64,000 bases of DNA from Nitrospirota bacterium (GTDB taxonomy: Bacteria; Nitrospirota; UBA9217), in the NCBI GenBank assembly GCA_963845065.1, contig CAWJQQ010000001.1, positions 160,001 through 224,000 of the forward strand. The letters run 5' to 3'. Shown here piece by piece: positions 19,814-30,420 of the stretch. The notes below the pieces were generated by a model, which had not been told where the DNA came from, searched no databases, and worked only from the letters and a program-made list of their open reading frames with translations. Within the stretch, counting starts at the first letter, position 1; every line of letters starts with the position of its first letter. The translations under genes and the position numbers were made by a program.

Positions 19814-21251
19814 CCTGAATCCGGCGTGAAAATGGTCAGAATTTCAGCCGATCAATTGTCTTTACCGCATACTCGAAAGCTTCACGATACCAGAGATTGG
19901 CCGGAAATTTGAGTGTCGGTCGGTTTTCAGATTTTACCAATACGCCTGGAATAAGTAGAAGGCGTGATCGTAACGTATTGAGCGTTATATTGTGCAGATC
20001 TTTTGGCAAGCAAAGGCGCTTGAACCAGTTGATCAAGTTGTATGAAAACAAAAGAATGTGAAAATACGCTTCGTTGGCGGCAAAGTGTCTGGTTGGTATC
20101 TTCGCTAAAGGATAATCTCCTTTGAGTTCTTTTATAATGAGTTCCACGCCGGCTCGACCGTTGTAAAATTTCCACGTGTTGAGTGGAGTCAGGCTCAAGT
20201 TTGTCACGATGACCTGATAACTGTACTTGCCCAGAGTAAACAAAGAGAGCTGATCCGATGGGTCTTCTGGTATCGGACGGCGGATTACGACGAACCGATG
20301 CTCCTTGTGTCCCGCTTTGATGGGATATGTAAACTCGGACGTCTCGATGCCGGATGTATAAGGGTGATACGGCAAAACAGCAAGCTTTCGTTTGATCGGT
20401 GGAGTCAGCTTGGCGACGATAGCGAAGAGGGCACTCTTGGATTCCAGATACTCGACAGTTTTGTGGTCGAAAAAACCCTTGTCTGCCCTGATGATTATGA
20501 CTTTTACCGAAGAAGGCACTTTGGCAAAGGTTGCCTCCAGAAAGTCGAGGACTCCTGCTGCGGTATGCGCATCGCCTGGCCGAAGCTCTCCGTGCCAGTA
20601 GTCCTTGGTAATGCCGTTGAAACAGACAAGAGGATGGTATGATGGCCTTCCGCGTTTCTTCGGATTGTATCCGATATTGGCCATCTCCTGTTTGCCGTAC
20701 AGGACTAGGACGGTTGAGTCCATATCGAAAATAATGCGTGTAGGCGGAGAGGGTTTTAGCATCATCGACGAGAGCAGTTTGTCGTGAAGCCGCCTGAGCC
20801 GTGTCAGAGACAGCGGCGCCATTCTTAAGAGGAAGCGCCGAAGGGTTTGTGGATCGGGATAGGAGGGCAATCCCGTCAGATACTGGAAGACTCCATTGTG
20901 TCGTAGAAGGTGAGTCGTCTCGATCCTGCCGAATCCAAGAGCTATGGGATATACCAGTGCAAGAATCACCTCTGATATGGTGTAATGGTTGTTGCGCTGA
21001 GCAAAGAAAACTTTCTTGCTGAGAAGAGCCTTCAGCTTGATGCGCTTGAAAAAGAGATGCAGAAGATATACGCCACCGAAGTGAGTGACGTTCTTCCCGG
21101 TGAAGGAAATTTTGAGATTTTTGGGTCCGAATGGCATAGGAATGTAACCTATCAAAAAGGTAGGTTTGGTTCCACACACTTTTCGGCATTATAACACTAT
21201 TTTTAAGCGGTCGATTCAACATAGTAGATTCCGGCTCACGCCGGATTCAGG
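19814..21251 (-). mobile_element. IS1380-family insertion sequence
   Basis: Perfect 16-bp IR CCTGAATCCGGCGTGA; TTAAA target duplication at 19809-19813 and 21252-21256. Confidence 0.95.
19836..21137 (-). CDS. IS1380-family DDE transposase
   Basis: FDMDST, YHPL, LRPGDAHT, RADKGF and FYNGRAGVELIIKELK. Confidence 0.93.
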   Translation of the reverse strand: MPFGPKNLKISFTGKNVTHFGGVYLLHLFFKRIKLKALLSKKVFFAQRNNHYTISEVILALVYPIALGFGRIETTHLLRHNGVFQYLTGLPSYPDPQTLRRFLLRMAPLSLTRLRRLHDKLLSSMMLKPSPPTRIIFDMDSTVLVLYGKQEMANIGYNPKKRGRPSYHPLVCFNGITKDYWHGELRPGDAHTAAGVLDFLEATFAKVPSSVKVIIIRADKGFFDHKTVEYLESKSALFAIVAKLTPPIKRKLAVLPYHPYTSGIETSEFTYPIKAGHKEHRFVVIRRPIPEDPSDQLSLFTLGKYSYQVIVTNLSLTPLNTWKFYNGRAGVELIIKELKGDYPLAKIPTRHFAANEAYFHILLFSYNLINWFKRLCLPKDLHNITLNTLRSRLLLIPGVLVKSENRPTLKFPANLWYREAFEYAVKTIDRLKF

Positions 21252-21262
21252 TTAAACAACCA

Positions 21263-22798
21263 ATGCCGAATAAACCTAAAACCCCATCTTTTATCCACGA
21301 GTTTCAACTCGTAGTGACTCCAAAGGACAATCGAATGCTCGATGCCCGGCTCGAAGCTGGCCGTTATCTGTACAATGCCTGCCTTGGTGAAGCGATGAAG
21401 CGTCTTACTGCCATGCGGCGATCAGAAAAATGGCTCGTGGCGATCACGAAGAAGAAAAGCAAGCTTCGCACCAGGATGTTTAAGACAGCCAGAACCCAGG
21501 CTGAATATACTGAATACCACCTTCATAACTACGTCGGTATCCTCCGCAATTCCTGCTGGATCAGTGAGCATATTGACAGCCTGACCGCCCAGAAGATAGC
21601 ATCTCGAGCATATAGCGCCGTCGCTGACTACGAGTTTGGGAAGCATGGCAAACCACGTTTCAAGCGCCATGGCTGGATGTCGTCCCTTGAAGGTAAAAAC
21701 AACAAATCTGGTATTCGGTGGTGTGATGACCATGTGGAGTGGACTGGCCTTCGTCTCAACTGTGTCTTCGACAAGAAAGACAAGTTTGGCGTTCAGGCTC
21801 ATGCACTTAGCCATGACATCAAGTACGTTCGTCTGGTCAAGAAAACTATCCGCGGCAATCCCCGCTGGTTTGCCCAACTTGTGCTTAAAGGCACGGCCAA
21901 GATCAAGCGTGAGAACCAGATTGGCACCGAAACCGTTGGCCTTGACATTGGCCCGTCGACAGTTGCCATCGTTGGTGATACCGATGCGTTACTACTCGAA
22001 TTTTGCCCTGAAGTCGAGATACCGTTTAAACGTATCAAGACCGTCCAGCGCAAAATGGCCAGAAGCCTTCGTGCTACCAACCCGGGCAACTACAACGGAG
22101 ACAAAACCATCAAAACAGGTAAAAAACAGTGGGTCTTTTCTGTTCAATACCGTATTCTTAAAGCTAAGCTCGCCGAACTTCAAAGGATCCTTGCTGAAAC
22201 CAGAAAACGGTCTCATGGCAAGCTCGTGAACAAAGTCCTCACTCTCGGTACCGACATCAAAACCGAGAAACTGTCGTACAAAGCATTTCAGAAACTCTAT
22301 GGTAAAAGTATTTCGCGACGAGCTCCGGGGATGTTTATGTCGATGCTTCACCACAAAGCCGAAAACGCTGGCGGTAAAGTAACCGAGTTTTCTACCCGGA
22401 GCACAAAGCTTTCCCAGACATGCCATTGCGGAACAGTAGCCAAAAAATCATTGTCCCAAAGATGGCATGCCTGCAACTGCGGGGTAAGCACCCAGCGTGA
22501 TCTCTATTCCGCATTCCTTGCAAAGTATGTTTCTAACGATGTCCTCGACACGCGTCAGGCTGCCAAAGCCTGGCCGGGTGCAAACCTGCTCCTGGAACGG
22601 GCGGTGTTGGGGGTGCAGCATGAAGCGGCAAAGGGTCGAATTCATCCAACCAGCTTCGGTATCAAGCACGAGAACACCACGAACCGGAGACAGAGCTGCT
22701 CGCCCGTTAAAGGCGGATCAACGACAGTCGAGGCCGATAACGTTCGTATTGTTGCCGGAGAGCCTGTCGGTACAGCCGCTAGAACCCCCTGGCTTTAG
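21263..22798 (+). CDS. tnpB: RNA-guided endonuclease TnpB (511 aa)
   Basis: RuvC-I VGLDIG, RuvC-II KTEKL, Zn finger CHC...CNC and RuvC-III QRDLYSA; the ORF runs into the right-end hairpin. Confidence 0.92.
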   Translation: MPNKPKTPSFIHEFQLVVTPKDNRMLDARLEAGRYLYNACLGEAMKRLTAMRRSEKWLVAITKKKSKLRTRMFKTARTQAEYTEYHLHNYVGILRNSCWISEHIDSLTAQKIASRAYSAVADYEFGKHGKPRFKRHGWMSSLEGKNNKSGIRWCDDHVEWTGLRLNCVFDKKDKFGVQAHALSHDIKYVRLVKKTIRGNPRWFAQLVLKGTAKIKRENQIGTETVGLDIGPSTVAIVGDTDALLLEFCPEVEIPFKRIKTVQRKMARSLRATNPGNYNGDKTIKTGKKQWVFSVQYRILKAKLAELQRILAETRKRSHGKLVNKVLTLGTDIKTEKLSYKAFQKLYGKSISRRAPGMFMSMLHHKAENAGGKVTEFSTRSTKLSQTCHCGTVAKKSLSQRWHACNCGVSTQRDLYSAFLAKYVSNDVLDTRQAAKAWPGANLLLERAVLGVQHEAAKGRIHPTSFGIKHENTTNRRQSCSPVKGGSTTVEADNVRIVAGEPVGTAARTPWL

Positions 22799-22835
22799 AC
22801 ATGGGGAGTGGTCAGAGGAAGGAACGCGCACCGCA
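22600..22835 (+). ncRNA. Predicted TnpB omega/reRNA (5' boundary uncertain); guide from flank at 22816
   Basis: Established TnpB biology: the scaffold overlaps the tnpB 3' end and the right end. Guide AGGAAGGAACGCGCACCGCA. Confidence 0.6.
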
Positions 22836-23228
22836 CGTTTCAACCAGTAGTTCTCATTTTGCGTAATCGAAGATCCGTAACTGGTCCACCTACAAGCCTG
22901 TATAGTCAATTTTATGACAAAGGCAAAGAATATCGATTGAATCACAGCATGTCGGTTTCATGATAAAACTTACGCTGACCATTTTGACGGCCAAGTCGAA
23001 AAACGGCAGCCAGAAAGCGGTAGCAGATCGTGCAGCTCATCTTTGCGTTCATGAAAAGTGAGAAGACGTAGAAGAACGGATAGAATAATATCGGATTAAA
23101 CTTTACTTTATTTAACATCTTACTATGCAATTGCGCTAGATTAAAAGTGTTCGAAATTCTGGGTAAAAATTGTTAACGAGAAGTTTGATGTGTATGATAT
23201 ATATTTATCATGAGCGCGAGTGCAATTT

Positions 23229-25634
23229 TTACCTGTCCAGCGTTTCCCTTACCTTCTTCAATAGTTCTTTTGGAGCAATCGGTTTGGTGATCACCGGCAT
23301 CCCAACATCGGTCAACACCCTCTGACCGACCTCATCAGGGGCATAGCCACTCACAAAAAGTACTTTTACCCCCGGCTTCATGGCCATGATCTCGTCATAG
23401 GCCACTTTTCCTGTCTTCTTCGGCATGATAATGTCTAATAGAAGAAGCCGGATCTTATCCTTGTTCTCTATATACTTGTTTACCGCGTCCTGACCATCAT
23501 TCGCAATGATAACCTGATAACCGAAATTCTCAAGCATGGTCTTTATCATGTTTCTGACTATTTCATCATCCTCGGCAAGGAGAATGGTCTCTGTTCCTCC
23601 TATTGGATGCTCTTCCATAGCGAATTTCGTTTCATCCACATGCACCGCGATGAGCGGCAGATAGATCTGAAAGATCGTGCCCCGGCCCGGTTCGCTGTAG
23701 ACATTTATGAGCCCATCATGTTGTTTGATGATGCCGTAAACTACCGAAAGCCCGAGGCCGGTGCCCTTGCCTACTTCTTTGGTAGTGAAAAAGGGTTCGA
23801 AAATGTGCTCTCTCGTGACATCGTCCATGCCCTTGCCCGTGTCCGATATGGTAATCAACGCATAGTTGCCTGACTTGCCGTAACCATCGATCGAAACGAA
23901 CTCATTATCGAATTTCATCTTCTCTGTAGTGACTGAAAAGATACCTCCCTTTGGCATAGCGTCCCTGGCGTTCGTGGCGAGGTTCATCAGGACTTGCTCG
24001 AGTTGGTGTGCATCGCCAAGGATCGGCAGTGGTTCTTCAAATTGCGTTGTTTTGAATTCGATATCCTCTCCAATGACTCGTTTCAGGAACATCCCCACTT
24101 TCCGGATGACATCATTAAGGTCAATGGGTTTTCGTTCACTGGTCTGTCTCCTGCTGAACAGCAGGAGGTCTTTCGTTAGGTGCGCAGCCCGCTCCCCTGC
24201 ATCAAGCATGTATTCGATGTTCAGGCGCTGGGGATCATCCTTTGCCATCTTCATGAGGGCAATATTCCCATAGCCAATGATCGCGGTAAGGATGTTATTG
24301 AAGTCATGGGCAATCCCTCCGGCGAGAGTGCCGATCGCTTCCATTTTTTGTGCCTGACGAAGCTGGTCTTCCAGCTTGTTTTTTTCTGATGCATTGATAC
24401 CTACGCCAACAATATACCGTTTGCCGTTTCTGATCATTCGAAAACCGGTAAAATAGAAAGGAATGAGGGATCCGCTCTTTGTCGCAATCGACGCCTCGAC
24501 GAAAGCATGGCCAGTTTCCATGGCTTCCTGTATACGCGACGCCACAAGGCCTCGCTGGGTCTCGGGAAACAATTGCAGGATGTTCATCTGCGACAGTTCT
24601 ACCATGGAATATCCCGTCGTTTCCTTCTCATTATCGTTCCAACGAATCAATTTCCCCTGGTCATCACAGAGATAGAACACCCCCGGCAGGCTATCGATAA
24701 TTGCATTAGAAAAAACGATTTCCTGCTTCAGTGCTTCTTCGGCCTTCTTGCGCTCGGTGATATCGCGGCATGAAACAATACGAGCGTCATGGCCACGGTA
24801 CTTTATCGGCTGCGAGTCTGTTTCCGCCAAAAACGTGGTGCCATCTTTCTGGATACCGGTCACCTCGAATACTCCCTTTTCCTGTTGCCGCATCCTCTGA
24901 GAGATGTGCGCACGAGCTTCGGGAGTTAGTATAAGTTCTAAACCATTCTTGCCAATCAACTCCTCCGGCTGTTCATATCCAAAAAGCCGAGCAAACGTCA
25001 TATTGGCATCCAGGATCACTCCTTGGTCATGGATCATGATTCCTTCGAGCGACGCGTTGGACAGACTGCGGAAACGCTCTTCGCTCTCGCGTAGGGTCTC
25101 CTCCGCACGTCTGCGTTCGGCAACGACGTTTTCCAGTTTCCGGTTGGAATTCTCAAGTTGTATCATTTTTTGCTCAAGTTTGTTGAACAGGACCTCATTG
25201 TACTGGCGGAAGAACTCCATTTCTTCGCCAAGGGGTTTTTCATTGGCGACTGGCTTTCCCTTTTGAATATCCTTCAGGAGATCCCGCACGACCTGAACCA
25301 GCACCTCCGGCTGTTGCGGTTTGATAATGAACCGTTCGGCACCGAGGCTGAGGGCGAATCGCTCGTCCTGGGGATCGGTATAGGTGGCCGTATAGAAGAT
25401 GAAGGGGATGTTTTTAAGACGATCATCCGCTTTCCATTTTCTGCACAGGGAAAAACCATCCATGACCGGCATCAGAATATCCGTTATGATCAGATCGGGA
25501 GGATGTCTTACGGCCAGAGTGAGTGCCTCGGCCCCATGGTCTGCCATCGCCACCTCGTATCCCTGCGCCTTCAGAAGGACTTCCAGCATGTAGCGGTTTT
25601 GCCTGTTGTCATCCACAAGCAGGATCATCGTCAT
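23229..25634 (-). CDS. Hybrid histidine kinase REC-PAS-PAS-HisKA-HATPase-REC
   Basis: [21 protein letters not shown] and FEPFFTTK...GTGLGL; two receiver domains. Confidence 0.93.
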   Translation of the reverse strand: MTMILLVDDNRQNRYMLEVLLKAQGYEVAMADHGAEALTLAVRHPPDLIITDILMPVMDGFSLCRKWKADDRLKNIPFIFYTATYTDPQDERFALSLGAERFIIKPQQPEVLVQVVRDLLKDIQKGKPVANEKPLGEEMEFFRQYNEVLFNKLEQKMIQLENSNRKLENVVAERRRAEETLRESEERFRSLSNASLEGIMIHDQGVILDANMTFARLFGYEQPEELIGKNGLELILTPEARAHISQRMRQQEKGVFEVTGIQKDGTTFLAETDSQPIKYRGHDARIVSCRDITERKKAEEALKQEIVFSNAIIDSLPGVFYLCDDQGKLIRWNDNEKETTGYSMVELSQMNILQLFPETQRGLVASRIQEAMETGHAFVEASIATKSGSLIPFYFTGFRMIRNGKRYIVGVGINASEKNKLEDQLRQAQKMEAIGTLAGGIAHDFNNILTAIIGYGNIALMKMAKDDPQRLNIEYMLDAGERAAHLTKDLLLFSRRQTSERKPIDLNDVIRKVGMFLKRVIGEDIEFKTTQFEEPLPILGDAHQLEQVLMNLATNARDAMPKGGIFSVTTEKMKFDNEFVSIDGYGKSGNYALITISDTGKGMDDVTREHIFEPFFTTKEVGKGTGLGLSVVYGIIKQHDGLINVYSEPGRGTIFQIYLPLIAVHVDETKFAMEEHPIGGTETILLAEDDEIVRNMIKTMLENFGYQVIIANDGQDAVNKYIENKDKIRLLLLDIIMPKKTGKVAYDEIMAMKPGVKVLFVSGYAPDEVGQRVLTDVGMPVITKPIAPKELLKKVRETLDR

Positions 25635-25658
25635 TGGTTTACCCTCGTTAGTTGCGCC

Positions 25659-26030
25659 TCAGGACAGGTAACGTTCGATCTCCACCACGAAAGTGTCGGG
25701 ATTGATCGGTTTCTCAATATATCCGATGCAACCCGATTCCAGGGCTTTTTCGCGGTCTCCGACCATGGCATAAGACGTAATAGCTACAATAGGGACGTGA
25801 GACAGATCTTTATTATTCCTGAGTGATCGAGCAACTGCATATCCGTCCATGGACGGCAGCTGGATGTCCAGGAGGATAAGATCCGGTTTATTGTTTGCAG
25901 CTTCCGCGATACCTGACTGACCGTCCCGTGCCGAGAGCACATTGTAACCATGTCTCGTGAGTAAAAAAGTGACGAGGTAAAGATTCTGTTCGTTGTCCTC
26001 AATATAGAGAATTTTTTTCCGCAGGGTCAT
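25659..26030 (-). CDS. Single-domain response regulator (DivK-like)
   Basis: ILYIEDN, LLDIQLP, YAMVGDREKAL and KPI. Confidence 0.92.
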   Translation of the reverse strand: MTLRKKILYIEDNEQNLYLVTFLLTRHGYNVLSARDGQSGIAEAANNKPDLILLDIQLPSMDGYAVARSLRNNKDLSHVPIVAITSYAMVGDREKALESGCIGYIEKPINPDTFVVEIERYLS

Positions 26031-26039
26031 ATATTTTTA

Positions 26040-28328
26040 CTATAGCACAGATACTGGCAGGGTAATAGCGAACGTGCTGCCTTGTCCCCACTGACTTTTC
26101 ACGCTTATCGTGCCTCCCAAAAGCTCGACGAGCCGCTTGCAGATCGAAAGACCCAGGCCCGTGCCTTCGTACTGCCGCCCGATTCCGCTCTGAAGCTGCT
26201 GGAAGGGTTTAAAGAGACTATCCATCTCTTCGAGCTTGATACCAATGCCCGTGTCCTTCACGCTGATGGTAAGTTCTTTGCCGATTGTCTGGCAGGTAAT
26301 GCTGATAGCGCCCTTCTCGGTAAACTTGACAGCATTGCTCAGGAGATTCAGCAGGGCCTGCTCTACGCGTCTTCGATCACTTGTCATTGTGGCCACTTCT
26401 GGTGTGATGATGATTTCCAGGGCAAGGCCTTTTTTCTCGACCAGGGGTTTAATGGTTTTCACGGTCTTTTCGATAGCGTCGCGCAGGTCAAATGGCTCCA
26501 TCGAGACTTGCAGCTGGCCGGCTTCGATCTTTGAGATATCCAGAATGTCATTAATCAGATTGAGCAGGTGGGTGGAGCTTTCGCGCACCATGCCCAGCTG
26601 TTTCTTCTGCTCCTCATTCAGTGGGCCTGCCAGACCCTGAAGAAGAATGCCAGTGAATCCCATGATCGAGTTTAGGGGGGTCCTGAGTTCATGAGACATC
26701 GTGGCAAGAAAGGCGGACTTCAACCTGTCCGCTGACTCCGCCCGCTCCTTAGCGATTGCCAGTTCGGCGGTTCGTGTCTTGACCAGCTCCTCCAAATGGT
26801 CGTGGTATTGTTCGAGTTCCTGCTCTGCCCGTTTGCGCTCGGTGATGTCTCTGATGTTCGCTATTGTGAATATCTCACCCTGTAACTCAAAGACTGAGGC
26901 GCTGACCTCCATGGGGAACTCAGTACCATCTGTTTTTCTGCCGCGTGTTGTATAGAGTGGGGGGATCGGCTCTCCAGCAGCTCTAAGCCGTATGTTTTCT
27001 GTCATCTGTTGATGATGGCTCGGTGCAATGTTGTCAAGTATCGAAGTGCCGACGATTTCTTGATTACTCTCATACCCAAATAATTTGAGGTATGCAGGAT
27101 TAGCAAAAAAATGCATTCCTTTTCTTGCAATACCGATGGCATCTCTGGAGTTTTCGAATACCGCACGAAACTTGATTTCGCTTTCTCGCAGTGCCTCTTC
27201 CGCTTTCTTTCGTTCGGTGATATCAATAAATGCGGAAAGAAGGTAAGGTGCGTTATCTATTTCTATAGACTCAGCATAGAATCTAAGAGTTAATATATCT
27301 CCATTTTTATTACGGCTCAGCACTTCCAGATCTTTCACCTTTCTCTCAGTGCGTATGAGCCGCACGAGTTGCTCCCGATCTCTGGGATCAAACCAAACTC
27401 CGAGTTCGATAGTCGTATGGCCAATCAACTCATCACGGCTATACCCTGTTAACCTCTCATATTCCTTGTTAACGTCAAAAATGAGTCCATCATTCAGGCT
27501 GCTCACGCATATACCGGCAGGAGCTAACATGAAGAACCTGGCAAACTTTTCTTCTGATTTTTTGAGTAACTCCTCCGCCCGCTTGCGCTCGGTGATGTCC
27601 ACAAATGCAGTAAGAAGACAGGGTACATTATCGATTTCTATCGGCTCAGCATAGAGTCGAAGCGTTAATATATTTCCATTTTTATTACGGCTCTGCATTT
27701 CTAGGTCCTTCACCCGCCCCTCAGCGCGTATAAGCTGTACGAGTTGATCCCTGTCTCTGTTAGCAAACCAGAGACCGAGTTCGACAGATGTATGACTAAT
27801 TAATTCTTCGCGGCTATATCCGAACAATCTCTCAAATTCCTTGTTGACGTCAAAGATACGTCCTTCATTCAGACTACTGACAGATATTCCGGCAGGGGCT
27901 GACATAAAGAACCTGGTAAACTTCTCTTCTGATTTTTTGAGCAACTCCTCCATGTGCTTGCGCTCGGTGATGTCCCGCACAAAGATGCTTGTGCGTAACT
28001 CCCCGTTGGCGTCCGTGAACACTGCCGAAGATAGCTCAACCGTAAGGGGACTTCGATCCTTACGAAACATCCTTAGAATCCCGAAAAATCTGCCGGTCCG
28101 GCGACGCTGTTCCAGAGCTTCGGCAAGTCTAGCGTCTGTAGGATCCACGACCGCACCACGTCCCAAGACACGGAACTCATCAAGTGTGTATCCGAACAAT
28201 GCGCAAGCAGCTGGGTTTGCGTAGAGGATTGCTCCTTCTTGGTTGGCAAGGAACACCGCATCTAATGCGTTATCCAGAAGCGTACCGTAAGTCGATTCTG
28301 TTTGGGGCTCCATGATGATACCATCCAT
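26040..28328 (-). CDS. Cytoplasmic four-PAS histidine kinase
   Basis: Four PAS/PAC units ending DITERK; MSHELRTPL, NAVKFT and GTGLGL. Confidence 0.93.
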   Translation of the reverse strand: MDGIIMEPQTESTYGTLLDNALDAVFLANQEGAILYANPAACALFGYTLDEFRVLGRGAVVDPTDARLAEALEQRRRTGRFFGILRMFRKDRSPLTVELSSAVFTDANGELRTSIFVRDITERKHMEELLKKSEEKFTRFFMSAPAGISVSSLNEGRIFDVNKEFERLFGYSREELISHTSVELGLWFANRDRDQLVQLIRAEGRVKDLEMQSRNKNGNILTLRLYAEPIEIDNVPCLLTAFVDITERKRAEELLKKSEEKFARFFMLAPAGICVSSLNDGLIFDVNKEYERLTGYSRDELIGHTTIELGVWFDPRDREQLVRLIRTERKVKDLEVLSRNKNGDILTLRFYAESIEIDNAPYLLSAFIDITERKKAEEALRESEIKFRAVFENSRDAIGIARKGMHFFANPAYLKLFGYESNQEIVGTSILDNIAPSHHQQMTENIRLRAAGEPIPPLYTTRGRKTDGTEFPMEVSASVFELQGEIFTIANIRDITERKRAEQELEQYHDHLEELVKTRTAELAIAKERAESADRLKSAFLATMSHELRTPLNSIMGFTGILLQGLAGPLNEEQKKQLGMVRESSTHLLNLINDILDISKIEAGQLQVSMEPFDLRDAIEKTVKTIKPLVEKKGLALEIIITPEVATMTSDRRRVEQALLNLLSNAVKFTEKGAISITCQTIGKELTISVKDTGIGIKLEEMDSLFKPFQQLQSGIGRQYEGTGLGLSICKRLVELLGGTISVKSQWGQGSTFAITLPVSVL

Positions 28329-28558
28329 TCAATACTTTCAGAGGTTAAACTGTTTTTTAAGATCGCAGATAATGTAATTAAGCATCTACTAAAAAGCTCA
28401 CAACTCAAGCTTTATAAGCATATCAATAAATGCTATATTTTTTGTAGGCAGACTGACAGTTACAGTTTGAAAGTTGATGAGTTTCAAAGAATAACAATTT
28501 CAAAAAGTTCAGGATGAAGGGCGTATCACATGCTTAAAACATTATAAAGCGCGTTCGT

Positions 28559-28828
28559 TCAACTGGTAAACCTCTGAGCAGCACGTGTTCGCGCATTGGC
28601 GGCCTCTTCTGCGCGGTTCCTAGGAAGTGCGCTTGTCTGAAGCGAGTCCAGGAGGTTTCTGGAAGCTGTCGCTATTTCTTCAACGGCCACAAAGTATGCA
28701 GCCTCATTGATTTTCGATGGTTTAATAAAGCCGCTCACTTTTCTCACGAATTGTAGTGCAGCTGCACGAATCTCTTCGTCCGTTACAGGCGGCACGAAGT
28801 TGAAAAGATGTTTGATGTTTCTACACAC
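28559..28828 (-). CDS. DUF2277-family protein
   Basis: CRNIKHLFNFVPPVTDEEIRAAALQFVRKVSG; GGAGG before GTG. Confidence 0.85.
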   Translation of the reverse strand: MCRNIKHLFNFVPPVTDEEIRAAALQFVRKVSGFIKPSKINEAAYFVAVEEIATASRNLLDSLQTSALPRNRAEEAANARTRAAQRFTS

Positions 28829-29094
28829 AAGCAATACCTCCATGTGTCAGAGCAACCAACGACAATCTTTCATTATCAGCCGTAAGTCCATACTCTGAGC
28901 TACGCCCTTACCCATGATTAAATCGTTTTCCGATACTTTTTACCAAAAGCATCTACCCCTTGTAATCCATTACAATGGCAATTCCATGGAGTATTTATCG
29001 TCCTCTTGTAAAACCTGGTAAGTTTTTCTACATAGAACTTCATTGTGGACCTGTACTTACTTCATTCCCTATTGGGTTTATTCGGTCTTTGCTT

Positions 29095-29412
29095 TTAATT
29101 TCCCCGTCCGCTCGGACCGGTAGGCTTTTTAAACCTCTCCTTCGCTGTGGTGACAGCATTTTTAAGGTCTGCCCACGCTGATTCTGCACCCGTCTTCAGA
29201 GTATCCCAGGCATCGGTGCTCGCACCCTTAAGCTCCTGAAGTTTTTTCGTCGCGACGTCCCGCTTATCCTTGAGTTGCCTGATCTGGTTGTCATACCCTG
29301 TTTTCACGTCGGCCTTGGCTGATAGGGCCTTCGACTCGAGCTCATCGATCTTAGCGGACCACTCTTTGAGCTGCACTGCTAACTTATCAATATATTCCTC
29401 CCTGCTCTTCAT
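29095..29412 (-). CDS. Small coiled-coil stress protein (Sll1863-like)
   Basis: REEYIDKL..QLKEWSAKIDEL...AWDTLKTGAESAW; RBS AGGAGG. Confidence 0.8.
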   Translation of the reverse strand: MKSREEYIDKLAVQLKEWSAKIDELESKALSAKADVKTGYDNQIRQLKDKRDVATKKLQELKGASTDAWDTLKTGAESAWADLKNAVTTAKERFKKPTGPSGRGN

Positions 29413-29549
29413 AATGTATCCTCCTTTTAAATGTCTGCAATAACGATTGTTTACTGCCTTAAGCTGATATATGCAGCGTAATTTTATTTCTTTCGGATGT
29501 GGTGCATGCCCGGATACTATTATTTTACTCGAATTTATGCCTTATCGAA

Positions 29550-29756
29550 TCAGATGCTATTTCTTTTATCTGCACATGCACGACAAAGTTGTAATTCCGG
29601 CATTCTCATTTTGCCTAGTAATTTCAGCTTGGCGATACCAAAACAGATATTGCATGTTGCTTTCCCACATTCCTTACAAATACCACCATCCATGGTCTCG
29701 AATTGTGAACCACAGATATGGCATTTCCACGGAATTATGTTTATCCGATTTTGCAT
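29550..29756 (-). CDS. Small Cys-rich putative Zn-finger protein
   Basis: Four CxxC pairs in 68 aa. Confidence 0.55.
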   Translation of the reverse strand: MQNRINIIPWKCHICGSQFETMDGGICKECGKATCNICFGIAKLKLLGKMRMPELQLCRACADKRNSI

Positions 29757-29870
29757 AAAGCATTATCAAATACAGTTTGAAATTTACGCTTCCAATACTG
29801 TTTAATGATAAATATCATCAGGAAGGTAATCACCTTTTTTAAAAACCTGCATTCTAAATCAGAACCGAGG

Positions 29871-30239
29871 TTAGCGCGGTAGCATGTCGGCCCATCGCGC
29901 CGCCGTTAGAAGTATGCCAACTATGTATAGAACGCCGAAGATGAACTTGTTGTTGCGAGCAAGCCACTTCGGTAAATAGATATCGAAGTTTTCTCGGCGT
30001 TCGTCGGTATAGCGTGCCGCAATGCTCGTGAGCGGACAGCTCCATCCATTGAAGACTAGCACAAGCACCTCGACAAAAACAATAGCGATAAAAACGAATG
30101 CATGCCCGTATTTACCGACACAAGCGAAGACAGGGATCGCAAGAATGCATGCAGCTAAGAAAGCCCATATGGCCGTGTGGAAGAGTTTGACGATTCTTAG
30201 TGTAATCGCGGCAGCACTGACCGGACGGTCTGTCTTCAT
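29871..30239 (-). CDS. Hypothetical membrane protein
   Basis: VKLFHTAIW...GWSCPLT...NFDIYLPKWLAR; three TM segments. Confidence 0.7.
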   Translation of the reverse strand: MKTDRPVSAAAITLRIVKLFHTAIWAFLAACILAIPVFACVGKYGHAFVFIAIVFVEVLVLVFNGWSCPLTSIAARYTDERRENFDIYLPKWLARNNKFIFGVLYIVGILLTAARWADMLPR

Positions 30240-30420
30240 TCCCATCCGACCGATCGTGGGTCCTCGTCGACGGGTATCTTTTTTTTCTTGCAGGTCTTGG
30301 CTCTCAATCACCATACAATGCAATTAAGGGACTGCCGCGATGCTAACAGATTTCAACCTGATAACCGTACTATAGTTATCATATCATAGATGCAATGTTC
30401 AGTAAGGAGCGTGGACTATA

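Larger units (their letters stand above)
19709..22815 (+). mobile_element. IS200/IS605-family element, tnpB only (IS1341-type)
   Basis: Left end TTAC|CAAAC...AAAG-CCCCTGGTTTTAACCATGGGG; right end GAAC-CCCCTGGCTTTAGACATGGGG-AGTGG-TCAG|. IS608-like ends; no tnpA. Confidence 0.9.
19689..23162. mobile_element. Putative outer IS1380-like remnant/MITE hosting the IS605 element
   Basis: Imperfect IR CCTGAATTTCAA (19689) / TCGAAATTCTGG (23151-23162), flanked by GTAA on both sides. Confidence 0.4.
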
